DNA from: Thermococcus sp.
GTDB taxonomy: Archaea; Methanobacteriota_B; Thermococci; Thermococcales; Thermococcaceae
Direction: 5' to 3'
Length of the DNA: 24,000 nt
Assembly (NCBI GenBank): GCA_027062125.1
Contig: JAMOTW010000033.1
Span: forward strand, 28,095-52,094
The notes beneath the pieces are model-generated. The model worked only from the letters and a program-made list of their open reading frames with translations, was not told where the DNA came from and ran no database searches. Position numbers and translations under genes: made by a program. Position 1 is the stretch's first letter, and each line of letters opens with the position of its first letter. This document shows positions 8,649-16,734 of the stretch, one piece after another.

Positions 8649-8755
8649 CTCCGTCAAGTCCACTAAGAGCAGAAACACGACCCCCATGAAGGGAAAAGAA
8701 CATTGATGTCCCTGAGGGGAATGCATGTCCATAAATGGACATGGAGGGCGTAAAT

Positions 8756-10669
8756 ATGGAGAAGCAGATGGAAAGCGCCATTTCCACCTTTAACGTTGAG
8801 GAGTCCCCCTGGGGCCTCAAACAGGGTATAGACCACGAGAAGTTTTTGGAGGTTTTCGAACCCCTCCCCGAAATCAAGAAAATCCTGCTCACCAGCGAAA
8901 GCCTCGAAGAGGCTAGGGAAAGACTCGCAAAGTTCGCTGAAGACCTGCTCTGGAAATACAAGAACGGTGAGATTCAGATTGACGCCATCGACAGATGGCT
9001 CGCCATTGAATCGATAAACGTCTTTCTCAACATGATATCCGAATACGGGGAAAGGGCCGCCGGTTTCAGCACTCTGGAGTACCTGTGGAAAGCCGCCAAT
9101 GGCGACAAGCACGTTCTCAGCATCATAACCGAGGGCTTCGTAGAGGAGTTCAGACACCTGTTCAAGGCCATGGCAGCAGTTAGCGGCTACTCAAAGGGCT
9201 GGCTCGGGCCCAAGCTTGAAGCTGCAGGAATAAAGTTCGTGGACTTCAGCAAGATAAAGGGCAGAAAAGCGGCCCTGGCCCGCTCCGAGTACCTCGACAA
9301 GGAGTGGAACTACATAAGGGGCTACCTCAGGAAGTATCCGAGCGGTCTCGACAAGGAGATCATCGAGAAGAGGAAGAAACAGAGAGAGCAGCTCATGGAG
9401 TACTTCGGAATCACTGAGGACGAATGGTTCGACTACAAGTGGCAGTTCTCCCACGTCCTCAAGAGGGAGAAGGGCCTTGAAACTCTCCGTGAACTCAACG
9501 AGCTCGGTATCGTCAAGGTTCCGGAGGACGACCTTAAGCAGGTTGAGCTGGCCGTCAAATACCACATCCCATGGGGAATTACGCCGTACTACCTGCACCT
9601 CTGGGACTTCCAGGAGCCGTACAAGCACGACAGGCAGGTAAGAAGGCAGGTGATGCCCCCTGACTGGTACATGAGGAACATGATAATCCACCGCGAGGAC
9701 AGGGAGTACTACTTCGACTTCATGGGCGAGCACGATACCTCTCCAATAGACCTCGTCACGAGGAGGTACGTCACCATCGCCATCCTTAAGGCCTACGACA
9801 CCTGCCCGCAGATATGTGTATACTGCCAGAGGAACTGGGAAGTCCTCGAGCCCTTCATGGCAGGTTCGTTCCCGGGATGGGACAAGATCGAGGAAGCACT
9901 CGACTGGTTCGCCGAGCACGACTCGATGATGGACGTCCTCATAACCGGTGGTGACCCCCTCGCGTTGAGCGACAAGATCATTGACAAGATAATGGCACGC
10001 TTCGCGGAGATGGACCACGTCGTAAACATCCGCTGGGGCAGCAGGATATTCGTGACGGTTCCGATGAGGATAACCGACAGCCTTGCCGAGATACTCGGCT
10101 CGTACATAGAGCCCGGCAAGAGGAACGTCTCGATCTCAACCCACGTTGAGAGCGCCTACGAGGTCACCCCCGAGATGGGAGAGGCCGCTTACAAGATAAG
10201 GCGCCAGGGCATCTACATCTACAACCAGCTGGTCTACCAGAGGAACGTTAGCAGGCGCTTCGAGAACGTGGCGCTGAGGATAGCCCTTAAAAAAGTTGGC
10301 ATTGACCCCTACTACACCTTCTACCCGAAGGGCAAGATAGAGCAGAAGGACTACCTCGTACCCATAGCGAGGGTCGTTCAGGAGAGGAAGGAGGAGGCAA
10401 GGCTCCTGCCCGGTCAGTTCAGGCCGGATGAACCGGTTTTCAACGTGCCGAGGATGGGCAAGAACCACCTCCGCGCTTGGCAGGATAGGGAGCTCGTAGG
10501 GATACGCCCTGATGGGAGCAGGATCTACCTGATGCACCCATGGGAGAAGGGCATCAGCGAGACCAAGCTCTACACGTACCCTGACGTCCCGATCAAGGAA
10601 TACCTCGAATACCTTGAGAGCATCGGCGAAGACCCGAACGACTATTGGACAATCTGGTATTACTACTGA
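8756..10669 (+). CDS. KamA-family radical-SAM aminomutase-like protein with an N-terminal extension of about 200 aa
   Basis: The CPQICVYC (CxxxCxxC) cluster begins at nt 9803, GITPYYLHLWDF (the KamA ITPYY motif) is present, and GGDPL follows the cluster. I chose the start at 8756 because GGAGG lies 7 nt upstream. The track ATGs at 8735 and 8741 sit inside a hairpin. Confidence 0.8.
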   Translation: MEKQMESAISTFNVEESPWGLKQGIDHEKFLEVFEPLPEIKKILLTSESLEEARERLAKFAEDLLWKYKNGEIQIDAIDRWLAIESINVFLNMISEYGERAAGFSTLEYLWKAANGDKHVLSIITEGFVEEFRHLFKAMAAVSGYSKGWLGPKLEAAGIKFVDFSKIKGRKAALARSEYLDKEWNYIRGYLRKYPSGLDKEIIEKRKKQREQLMEYFGITEDEWFDYKWQFSHVLKREKGLETLRELNELGIVKVPEDDLKQVELAVKYHIPWGITPYYLHLWDFQEPYKHDRQVRRQVMPPDWYMRNMIIHREDREYYFDFMGEHDTSPIDLVTRRYVTIAILKAYDTCPQICVYCQRNWEVLEPFMAGSFPGWDKIEEALDWFAEHDSMMDVLITGGDPLALSDKIIDKIMARFAEMDHVVNIRWGSRIFVTVPMRITDSLAEILGSYIEPGKRNVSISTHVESAYEVTPEMGEAAYKIRRQGIYIYNQLVYQRNVSRRFENVALRIALKKVGIDPYYTFYPKGKIEQKDYLVPIARVVQERKEEARLLPGQFRPDEPVFNVPRMGKNHLRAWQDRELVGIRPDGSRIYLMHPWEKGISETKLYTYPDVPIKEYLEYLESIGEDPNDYWTIWYYY

Positions 10670-10690
10670 AACATTTTCGCCCTTCCAACC

Positions 10691-10703
10691 TTTATTTTTG
10701 TTT
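10691..10703 (+). terminator. Oligo-T terminator after the KamA-like gene
   Basis: TTTATTTTTGTTT lies 22 nt after the stop codon. Confidence 0.6.
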
Positions 10704-10728
10704 AAACGCTTGTAAAACTCCCAACCGG

Positions 10729-10745
10729 CCAAAAAATATATAATA
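10729..10745 (+). promoter_or_regulatory. BRE/TATA promoter of the TAXI-TRAP operon
   Basis: CCAAAAAATATATAATAGG. The predicted TSS (about 10768-10772) falls on the 12-bp palindrome at 10769-10780. Confidence 0.6.
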
Positions 10746-10831
10746 GGATAATGCACATATACTTCGATGTATGTACATACTTAGACGCCCGCGCATATGT
10801 GGGCGTCAATCCTCAAACGAGGTGAAGGGAA

Positions 10832-11872
10832 ATGAAGAAGTGGACTGCCCTTGGGTTGGTGTTTGTTTTGTTCTTGGCCGTTGTGGCAGCCGGTTGTACC
10901 GGTGGAGGCGGCGGTGGAACCCAGACCGGAACCGAGAGCAAGCCCCCTGTTGAGAAGAACGACGAGGGGAAGTATGAGATAACCATCTACACGGGCTCTG
11001 GCCCTGGTAGTGTCTACTTTGCCATAGGTTCGATGCTTGCGAAGGTTGCCAACAAGAAGAGCGACCTGATAGCGGCAAAGGCCGTTACCAGTGGAGCAAG
11101 CGTTGCCAACTGTAAAGCTATTGGAAAGGGTGAAGCTCACGTTGCCATAGCCCAGAACGACGTTACTTGGTATGCCTGGGAGGGTAAGTACCAGTTCGAA
11201 GGCAAGCCAATAAAGGTCCTCAGGGCCATAGGAACCCTCTATCCAGAGCCGGTTCAGATAGTCGTTAGGGCCGACAGCGACATAAAGACCATCTACGACC
11301 TCAAGGGTAAGAAGGTCGTTGTTGGTGCCGCTGGAAGCGGTGTAGCCGCTACCGCTGAGAGGGTTCTCAAGGCCGCTGGAGTATGGGACGAGATCGAGCC
11401 CGTTTACCAGACCTTTGAGGAGGCCGCCCAGAGTCTCGTCCTTGGTCAGGTTGACGCTGAGTTCACCGTCATAGCTTATCCAGCTCCAGCAATCAACCAG
11501 ATAGCGGTTAAGGTTCCGGTTAGGATCCTCGACGTTCCGGACGAGGTCGTCCAGAAGCTCCACGACCAGGGTTACCCGTTCTACGTCAAGGTTATCATCC
11601 CGAAAGGAACCTACAACGGGATGGATGAGGATGCTCAGACCATAGCCGTCAAGGCCACCCTTGTCGTTCACAAGGATCTTCCGGATGACCTTGTCTACGA
11701 GCTCACCAAGATACTCTACGAGAACATTGATGATCTCGCCAAGGCCCACCAGGTAGCCAAGCAGATCAAGATGGAGGAAGCCTTCGAGGGACTCATGGTT
11801 CCGCTCCACCCGGGAGCCATCAAGTATTACGAAGAGCACGGAATAACCGTCCCCGACAAGTACAAGGGCTGA
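10832..11872 (+). CDS. TRAP transporter solute receptor, TAXI family (lipoprotein)
   Basis: The signal/lipobox MKKWTALGLVFVLFLAVVAAGC is followed by a Gly/Thr linker. YTGSGPGSVYFAIGSMLAKV fits the TAXI signature. GAGGTGA lies 6 nt upstream of the ATG. Confidence 0.88.
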   Translation: MKKWTALGLVFVLFLAVVAAGCTGGGGGGTQTGTESKPPVEKNDEGKYEITIYTGSGPGSVYFAIGSMLAKVANKKSDLIAAKAVTSGASVANCKAIGKGEAHVAIAQNDVTWYAWEGKYQFEGKPIKVLRAIGTLYPEPVQIVVRADSDIKTIYDLKGKKVVVGAAGSGVAATAERVLKAAGVWDEIEPVYQTFEEAAQSLVLGQVDAEFTVIAYPAPAINQIAVKVPVRILDVPDEVVQKLHDQGYPFYVKVIIPKGTYNGMDEDAQTIAVKATLVVHKDLPDDLVYELTKILYENIDDLAKAHQVAKQIKMEEAFEGLMVPLHPGAIKYYEEHGITVPDKYKG

Positions 11873-11885
11873 AGGGGGGGAGTTT

Positions 11886-12332
11886 TTGAAGAAACTTTTT
11901 CTTTTTTTCCTGCCTTTCATTGTGCTCCTTTTACCTGTTTCCGTCATTGGGGTAGAATTCGGTGGGAATGAGTGTTACTATCATCTGGAATCTAACTCGA
12001 CCCTTGAGATACACTACACCCACAGCGTTTCCCTTACCAAGGTTGTTGATGTCTACAGGATATCCCCGGGTGGGATTTACTTCGTCCAAGAAAGATGGCA
12101 GGAGTTCCTCGCCGGCCAACCAGTGGACTTTGACTACCGGTCCGGGAAGTTTTACGTAAAGAACTCCCACGAGTTCTTGGGTAAGTCCTGGCGCTACTGG
12201 TTTATTCCAGTTAACAACGCCACAATACTCATCGATGGGAAGGTCTCTTTCGTACAGCCTCCCGAAGAGGGGATACTTGAGATTAGGGTCGAGAAAATCC
12301 CCTTCCTTCTCTCAATAGCTCGGAGGTGTTGA
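11886..12332 (+). CDS. DUF1850-like small membrane-anchored protein of TAXI-TRAP operons
   Basis: Its position between a TAXI receptor and a fused permease is where DUF1850 genes usually sit. It has an N-terminal hydrophobic segment, MKKLFLFFLPFIVLLLPVSVIG. The start is a TTG preceded by GGGGGGGAG. The family name is from memory. Confidence 0.6.
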   Translation: MKKLFLFFLPFIVLLLPVSVIGVEFGGNECYYHLESNSTLEIHYTHSVSLTKVVDVYRISPGGIYFVQERWQEFLAGQPVDFDYRSGKFYVKNSHEFLGKSWRYWFIPVNNATILIDGKVSFVQPPEEGILEIRVEKIPFLLSIARRC

Positions 12333-12334
12333 TA

Positions 12335-14641
12335 ATGGGGGAGAATTTGGAGGCCATAGAGAAGAAGATAAAGCTCGAAGCAGTTCGAACGTTACCGCCA
12401 AAGCTCGATAAAGTGGTTAGTGTGGCAGCGATACTCATCGGTATCTTCGAGATACTGTTTATATTCAACTTTACCTTCCTGCTGTACTCAATCTTCGATA
12501 AGCTCGGCATAACACTGGGGTTCCTCAAGCTGGACTTCCAGGACCAGCAGGTCATGGCCTTTGTGCTTGGCATGATATTCATAATAACGTTCCTTCGATA
12601 TCCAGTGATGAAGAAGCAGAAGTATCTTGATAAAGTCATGATACTCGACTACGTGCTAATCCTCCTCGGTCTGATCGCCGCGTTCTACAAGTTCTGGCGC
12701 TGGCCCACTTACATGGTCTACTATGACGTCAATCAGACCGACGTCATCTTTGGATTCATGGCAATAATCCTTGTCCTTGAAGCGACGAGGAGAGCGATAG
12801 GCTGGATCCTGCCCACTATAGTTACGGTTTTTCTGATATATGGAATCAGGGACGCTGGCTACAACTGGACCCGTATAGCTCAGTACCTCTATCTTGACCA
12901 GGGTATCTTTGGAATTCCGTTCTACGTCATGACAATCTACGTATTCGCCTTCGTCTTCTTTGGAGCATTCCTGCTCAAGATCGGCGTCAGCGACTACATC
13001 ACTGAGTTCATGATCAGCCTATTTGGAACAAGGTCTGGGGGACCCGCCAAGGCGGCGGTCATTTCAAGTGGTCTTATGGGAACCGTTAGCGGTTCAAGCG
13101 TTGCCAACGTTCTCACAACGGGAACCTTCACTATACCGCTGATGAAAAAGGCCGGTTATCCACCGGAGATAGCCGGTGCGGTAGAGCCCGTCGCCTCAAC
13201 TGGTGGTCAGCTGATGCCCCCGGTTATGGGCGCCGCGGCATTTATCATGGCCCAGTTCCTTGGGATTCCATATAACAAGCTCATCATAGCGGCGGTTCTT
13301 CCCGCTCTGATATACTACTCCGGCGTCTATCTCTTCATAGACCTTGAAACCAAGAGGCTCGGCCTCAAGGGAATGCCAAGGGAGCAATTCCAGCCGATAA
13401 GCTACTTCCTGAGGAAGATCTACATCTTAGTTCCGATAATCGTCATCACAGTGGCCCTTGTATGGGGTATAGCACCGCACATAGCGGCCGTATCTTCCTT
13501 GGGTATAGCAATCTGGGTGGCGTGGATCTCCAAGGACAACATACCCGGTCACGAGCACTTCTACGTGGCTCTAGCCCTCATTACAACGTTGCTCATGTTC
13601 ACGGGAAGGGAGTATGCCACCCCTGTCGGTGCAGTGCTCCTGATACTCGCTGCAATCCTCATCGGAGCGGCCTTTGCAACGGACAAGGTTGAGATCAACG
13701 AGAAGTTTTACATAAGCCTGCTGTTCATACTCATGGTGGCCCTTGGAAAGTTCCTGTACATGAGGAAGGAGGAAATCCTCCTCATGAGCGGCACTTTTGG
13801 TATAATATTCTCTCTCATAGTCGGCTACAAGTCCAAGACAGAGGACGGAAGAAAAATGTACAGCGCTACCTACGAGTCGATGATAGACGCGGGCAAGACC
13901 AGTACAACTGTTATGCTTGCAGCAGCTTCAGCCGGTCTTATCCAGGGTGTTCTCACCATGACGGGCCTCGTCACTGCCCTTGGCTACAAGCTCGTTGACC
14001 TCGCCGGAGGGAACCTGCTCCTCCTTCTCATCATGGCCATGATATTCAGCCTGATACTCGGTATGGGTGTTCCAACGACGGCCAACTACGTTATAACTTC
14101 GCTGGTTGCCGCACCCGCGGTTTACACAGCCGTCGCCGGAAACCCGATCTACGATGCTCCTGTTCCTGGATACGGTACAGCGATAGCACTTCTGGCCGCC
14201 CACTTCTTCGTGTTCTACTTCGGAATACTCGCAGATTTGACACCGCCAGTTGCTTTGGCAGCGTATGCGGGTTCTGCATTGGCGGGTGGAGACTTCTGGA
14301 AGACGGCAATCAACTCGGTCAAGTACGCCCTGGCAGGTTACATCGGCCCCTATATATACTTCACCCATCCAGAAATGTTCCTCATAACGGTTCAGGAGTG
14401 GACACCCGCGGTTGCACTCAGGGTTCTCTATTACCTGCTTGCCACGATACTAACAATGTACATAATGGCAATAGCGATAACGGGATACTTCAAGAACGTG
14501 AAGGTGCCGATGGTACTCAGGGCAGTCCTTATCGGGGTTGCTCTTATCGCGGCCAGCCTCCACATAATACCCGTTGGCATAGAGCTCGCGATGCTGATAG
14601 GCCTCGTTCTGTACAGCAGGAAACTGGAAGCGTCTGCCTGA
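12335..14641 (+). CDS. TRAP transporter fused (small+large) permease, TAXI-associated
   Basis: A 768-aa polytopic membrane protein that immediately follows the receptor and DUF1850 genes. GGAGGTG lies 6 nt upstream of the ATG at 12335. The stop of the upstream gene lies 2 nt before this start. Confidence 0.88.
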   Translation: MGENLEAIEKKIKLEAVRTLPPKLDKVVSVAAILIGIFEILFIFNFTFLLYSIFDKLGITLGFLKLDFQDQQVMAFVLGMIFIITFLRYPVMKKQKYLDKVMILDYVLILLGLIAAFYKFWRWPTYMVYYDVNQTDVIFGFMAIILVLEATRRAIGWILPTIVTVFLIYGIRDAGYNWTRIAQYLYLDQGIFGIPFYVMTIYVFAFVFFGAFLLKIGVSDYITEFMISLFGTRSGGPAKAAVISSGLMGTVSGSSVANVLTTGTFTIPLMKKAGYPPEIAGAVEPVASTGGQLMPPVMGAAAFIMAQFLGIPYNKLIIAAVLPALIYYSGVYLFIDLETKRLGLKGMPREQFQPISYFLRKIYILVPIIVITVALVWGIAPHIAAVSSLGIAIWVAWISKDNIPGHEHFYVALALITTLLMFTGREYATPVGAVLLILAAILIGAAFATDKVEINEKFYISLLFILMVALGKFLYMRKEEILLMSGTFGIIFSLIVGYKSKTEDGRKMYSATYESMIDAGKTSTTVMLAAASAGLIQGVLTMTGLVTALGYKLVDLAGGNLLLLLIMAMIFSLILGMGVPTTANYVITSLVAAPAVYTAVAGNPIYDAPVPGYGTAIALLAAHFFVFYFGILADLTPPVALAAYAGSALAGGDFWKTAINSVKYALAGYIGPYIYFTHPEMFLITVQEWTPAVALRVLYYLLATILTMYIMAIAITGYFKNVKVPMVLRAVLIGVALIAASLHIIPVGIELAMLIGLVLYSRKLEASA

Positions 14642-14648
14642 GGACACC

Positions 14649-14666
14649 TCTCTTTTTTCGATTTTC
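14649..14666 (+). terminator. Oligo-T terminator after the TRAP permease
   Basis: TCTCTTTTTTCGATTTTC. The adjacent A-runs at 14697-14711 would serve the convergent minus-strand gene. Confidence 0.55.
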
Positions 14667-14711
14667 TCATACGGCCAGCCTTTCTAAAAGGGGTGTAAAA
14701 ATTAAGAAAAG

Positions 14712-15920
14712 TCAGTAGAGCATGACCTCAAAGCCCAGCTCGCTGAGCAGGTCCGCGAGCTCCTCGCTGTCCACGTAAACCAGCAGGTGGTGGTTTCCGA
14801 GCGTTCCATCGATGAAGTCCATCGCGTCCTCTATGCGGAGCTTCATCTGGGTTCTGCATCTGGAGTTGCTGTGCTCCTGACCCACAACCTCGACGCCAGC
14901 GACGACCGCTTTCCTCCCGCGTATCTTGAAGAGGCTCGCCCTTCCCCTCGGCAGCTGGACGTCGACGCCAACTCCGATTCCGCTCTCGAAGTGGGAGCGT
15001 ATGACGTACTTCCCGATGAGCGGCGCGGTGCAGTGGGCGAGGATGAGGTAATCGTCGCCGTGGTCCGCTATGTTGCCCATGAAGGCGGGCTTGTCAAAGA
15101 AGCGCCTCGCTATCATCATGCCGACCAGCGAGTTGAGCTCCCCCTCGCACGCCGCCGGGATTCCCCGGGCGTTGAACATGGCAAGGGCGAGACATGGGGT
15201 CGAGCCTATCTTCCCTATTAGGTCGAAGCAGCCGATGGTAAAGCCGTCGAGCCTGTAGTCCTCGAGTATTCTCTCTATGGCCACGTATATCCTGCCCGCC
15301 TTCACGAGGTCCTCCCTGCCGGGCTCCTTTATCTCGAGGGCCTTTCCAACTATCTCCTCAACGGCCTCCCAGCCTTCCTTCTCCGTCGTCGCGTCGTAGT
15401 ACTCGTAGAACTTCTTGAGGCTTATGCTGGTGTAGGGGAGCTCGAACTTCTCGTTTATGAGCCACGGTGAAACGCGGCCGATCAAGCCTATGCGCATCCT
15501 GAGGAACTTATCCAGGGTTTCTTTCATGTCCTCGTAGCCGAGCAGTGCGGCTTTGAGCTCGTTGAAATCCTTGACGAGGGTCGAGGGCACGAGCCTGTCG
15601 CGGAAGTACTCCCTGAGCTCTATACCTGCCGCGAGGGAGTTGTTGAAGGGGTCGCCGTAGATGACGACGGGCCTCCTGTAGACGAAGAACTCCTTCAGCG
15701 GGCCTTCTGTGCCGCCGGTGAGGGGGTAGAGAACTATGGCATCAACCTCGTTGAAGTTGACCTCCCCCTTAGCCTCCTTGAAGTCCTTCTTCGTCGAGAT
15801 GAAGAAGCCCCCAACGACTTCAAAATCCTTCGCGAGGTTCGTTATGAATTCCGACGCCTTCTTTTCAAAGGCTTTCGGATTCGCCAGTTCGCTAACTCCA
15901 AAAACGACTCCAACCTTCAT
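14712..15920 (-). CDS. L-fucose/L-arabinose isomerase-like protein
   Basis: MKVGVVFGVSELANP... together with ..TPCLALAMFNARGIPAACEGELNSLVGMMIA.. resembles the FucI/AraA C-terminal core. GGGTGA lies upstream of the ATG at 15920. The 98-aa track extension is antisense to the HARP gene and was rejected. Confidence 0.6.
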   Translation of the reverse strand: MKVGVVFGVSELANPKAFEKKASEFITNLAKDFEVVGGFFISTKKDFKEAKGEVNFNEVDAIVLYPLTGGTEGPLKEFFVYRRPVVIYGDPFNNSLAAGIELREYFRDRLVPSTLVKDFNELKAALLGYEDMKETLDKFLRMRIGLIGRVSPWLINEKFELPYTSISLKKFYEYYDATTEKEGWEAVEEIVGKALEIKEPGREDLVKAGRIYVAIERILEDYRLDGFTIGCFDLIGKIGSTPCLALAMFNARGIPAACEGELNSLVGMMIARRFFDKPAFMGNIADHGDDYLILAHCTAPLIGKYVIRSHFESGIGVGVDVQLPRGRASLFKIRGRKAVVAGVEVVGQEHSNSRCRTQMKLRIEDAMDFIDGTLGNHHLLVYVDSEELADLLSELGFEVMLY

Positions 15921-15980
15921 GCTTTCACCCAACCGTTTTAAACTCCCCGCCCTAAATAAGCTTGTGGTGGTAGCGTGGCG

Positions 15981-16580
15981 ATGAGGTTCGTCCTCGACAC
16001 GAGCATCTTTGTCAACCCCGAGATACGGGGGAAGTTCGGAGACAACCCGACCGAGGCGATGAGAACGTTCCTCGGTTACGCCGAGGGGCTCTTCGGCAGG
16101 GTGGAGTTCTACATGCCCCCTGGCATATACCGTGAGGTCATGCACTTCGTCGACGAGGAGGAGCTCCTGCCTGACATCGAGCTCTACATAATCAAGAAGC
16201 CGCCAAACGTCCACGACATCAAGATTCCAGCTTTCGTGGTCTACGAGCTCATCGAAGACATAAGGCGGAGGATAGACAAGGGGCTCCGCGTTGCCGAGAA
16301 GGCCGTTCGCGAGAGCGTCATCGAGACGGACAACGTTGACAGGATAATCCAGAAGCTCAGGAGGAACTACCGGAAGGCACTCCGCGAGGGGATAGTTGAC
16401 AGCAAGGAGGACTTTGAGCTCATACTCCTGGCCAAAGAGCTCGATGCGACCATAGTCTCCGCCGACGTCGGCATACTCACGTGGGCCCAGAAGATGGGCA
16501 TCAAGTGGATAGATGCCGCGAACTTCAGGGAGGTCCTCGAGGGCCTGTCCGAGAGGTTCACCGAAGGGAAAAATTTATAA
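15981..16580 (+). CDS. RNA-free (protein-only) RNase P homologue, HARP / former UPF0278, PIN-like
   Basis: MRFVLDTSIFVNPE..., RRRIDKGLRVAEKA, YRKALREGIVDSKEDFELILLAKELDATIVSADVGILTWAQKMGIKWID match the Aquifex Aq_880-type family as I recall it, at about 199 aa. Confidence 0.72.
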   Translation: MRFVLDTSIFVNPEIRGKFGDNPTEAMRTFLGYAEGLFGRVEFYMPPGIYREVMHFVDEEELLPDIELYIIKKPPNVHDIKIPAFVVYELIEDIRRRIDKGLRVAEKAVRESVIETDNVDRIIQKLRRNYRKALREGIVDSKEDFELILLAKELDATIVSADVGILTWAQKMGIKWIDAANFREVLEGLSERFTEGKNL

Positions 16581-16581
16581 A
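16566..16581 (+). promoter_or_regulatory. BRE/TATA promoter of tRNA-Thr, embedded in the 3' end of the HARP CDS
   Basis: GGGAAAAATTTATAAA ends 25 nt before tRNA position +1 (16607). It contains the HARP stop codon TAA (16578-16580). Confidence 0.7.
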
Positions 16582-16606
16582 GCCTCTCCTGCACCGTATA
16601 ATCGAC

Positions 16607-16683
16607 GCCCCGGTGGCTCAGCCTGGCGGAGCGGCCGCTTGGTAAGCGGCAGGTCGCGGGTTCAAACCCCGCCCGGGGCTCCA
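16607..16683 (+). tRNA. tRNA-Thr (anticodon GGU), CCA encoded, no intron
   Basis: Manual cloverleaf. Acceptor GCCCCGG/CCGGGGC. D arm GCTC..GAGC. Anticodon stem GCCGC/GCGGC with loop TTGGTAA. T arm GCGGG-TTCAAAC-CCCGC. Discriminator T followed by CCA. Confidence 0.93.
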
Positions 16684-16688
16684 TTCTA

Positions 16689-16734
16689 CAAACTTCGCCT
16701 TCGCGAAGTTTGATCAAGGTCCGTGATTCCTTTT
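16689..16734 (+). repeat. Hairpin module M1 (+)
   Basis: CAAACTTCGC-cttc-GCGAAGTTTG (10-bp stem, 16689-16712), then ATCAAGGTCC, then GTGATTCCTTTT. It starts 5 nt after the tRNA-Thr CCA. Confidence 0.85.

Noticed and set aside
8454-8660. Hidden gene or RNA in the long dtdA/kamA-like spacer (track ORFs 8581..8961 - and 8663..9157 -)
   Set aside because: The ORFs run antisense into the KamA-like CDS and have no RBS. I found no tRNA-like or C/D features. The only TGATGT/CTGA pair (8704-8715) is too closely spaced for a guide RNA. The region is reported only as curved or AT-rich DNA.
14712-16214. N-terminal extensions in the ORF track (14712..16214, 2555..3133, 7560..8453, 20032..21297, 21406..22200, 22855..24000, 17800.., 6317..7474, 5093..5614, 6093..6320)
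   Set aside because: The extensions overlap neighbouring genes or promoters, lack RBSs and have non-protein-like composition. Internal starts preceded by GGAGGTGA-type RBSs give proteins that begin where the family sequences begin.
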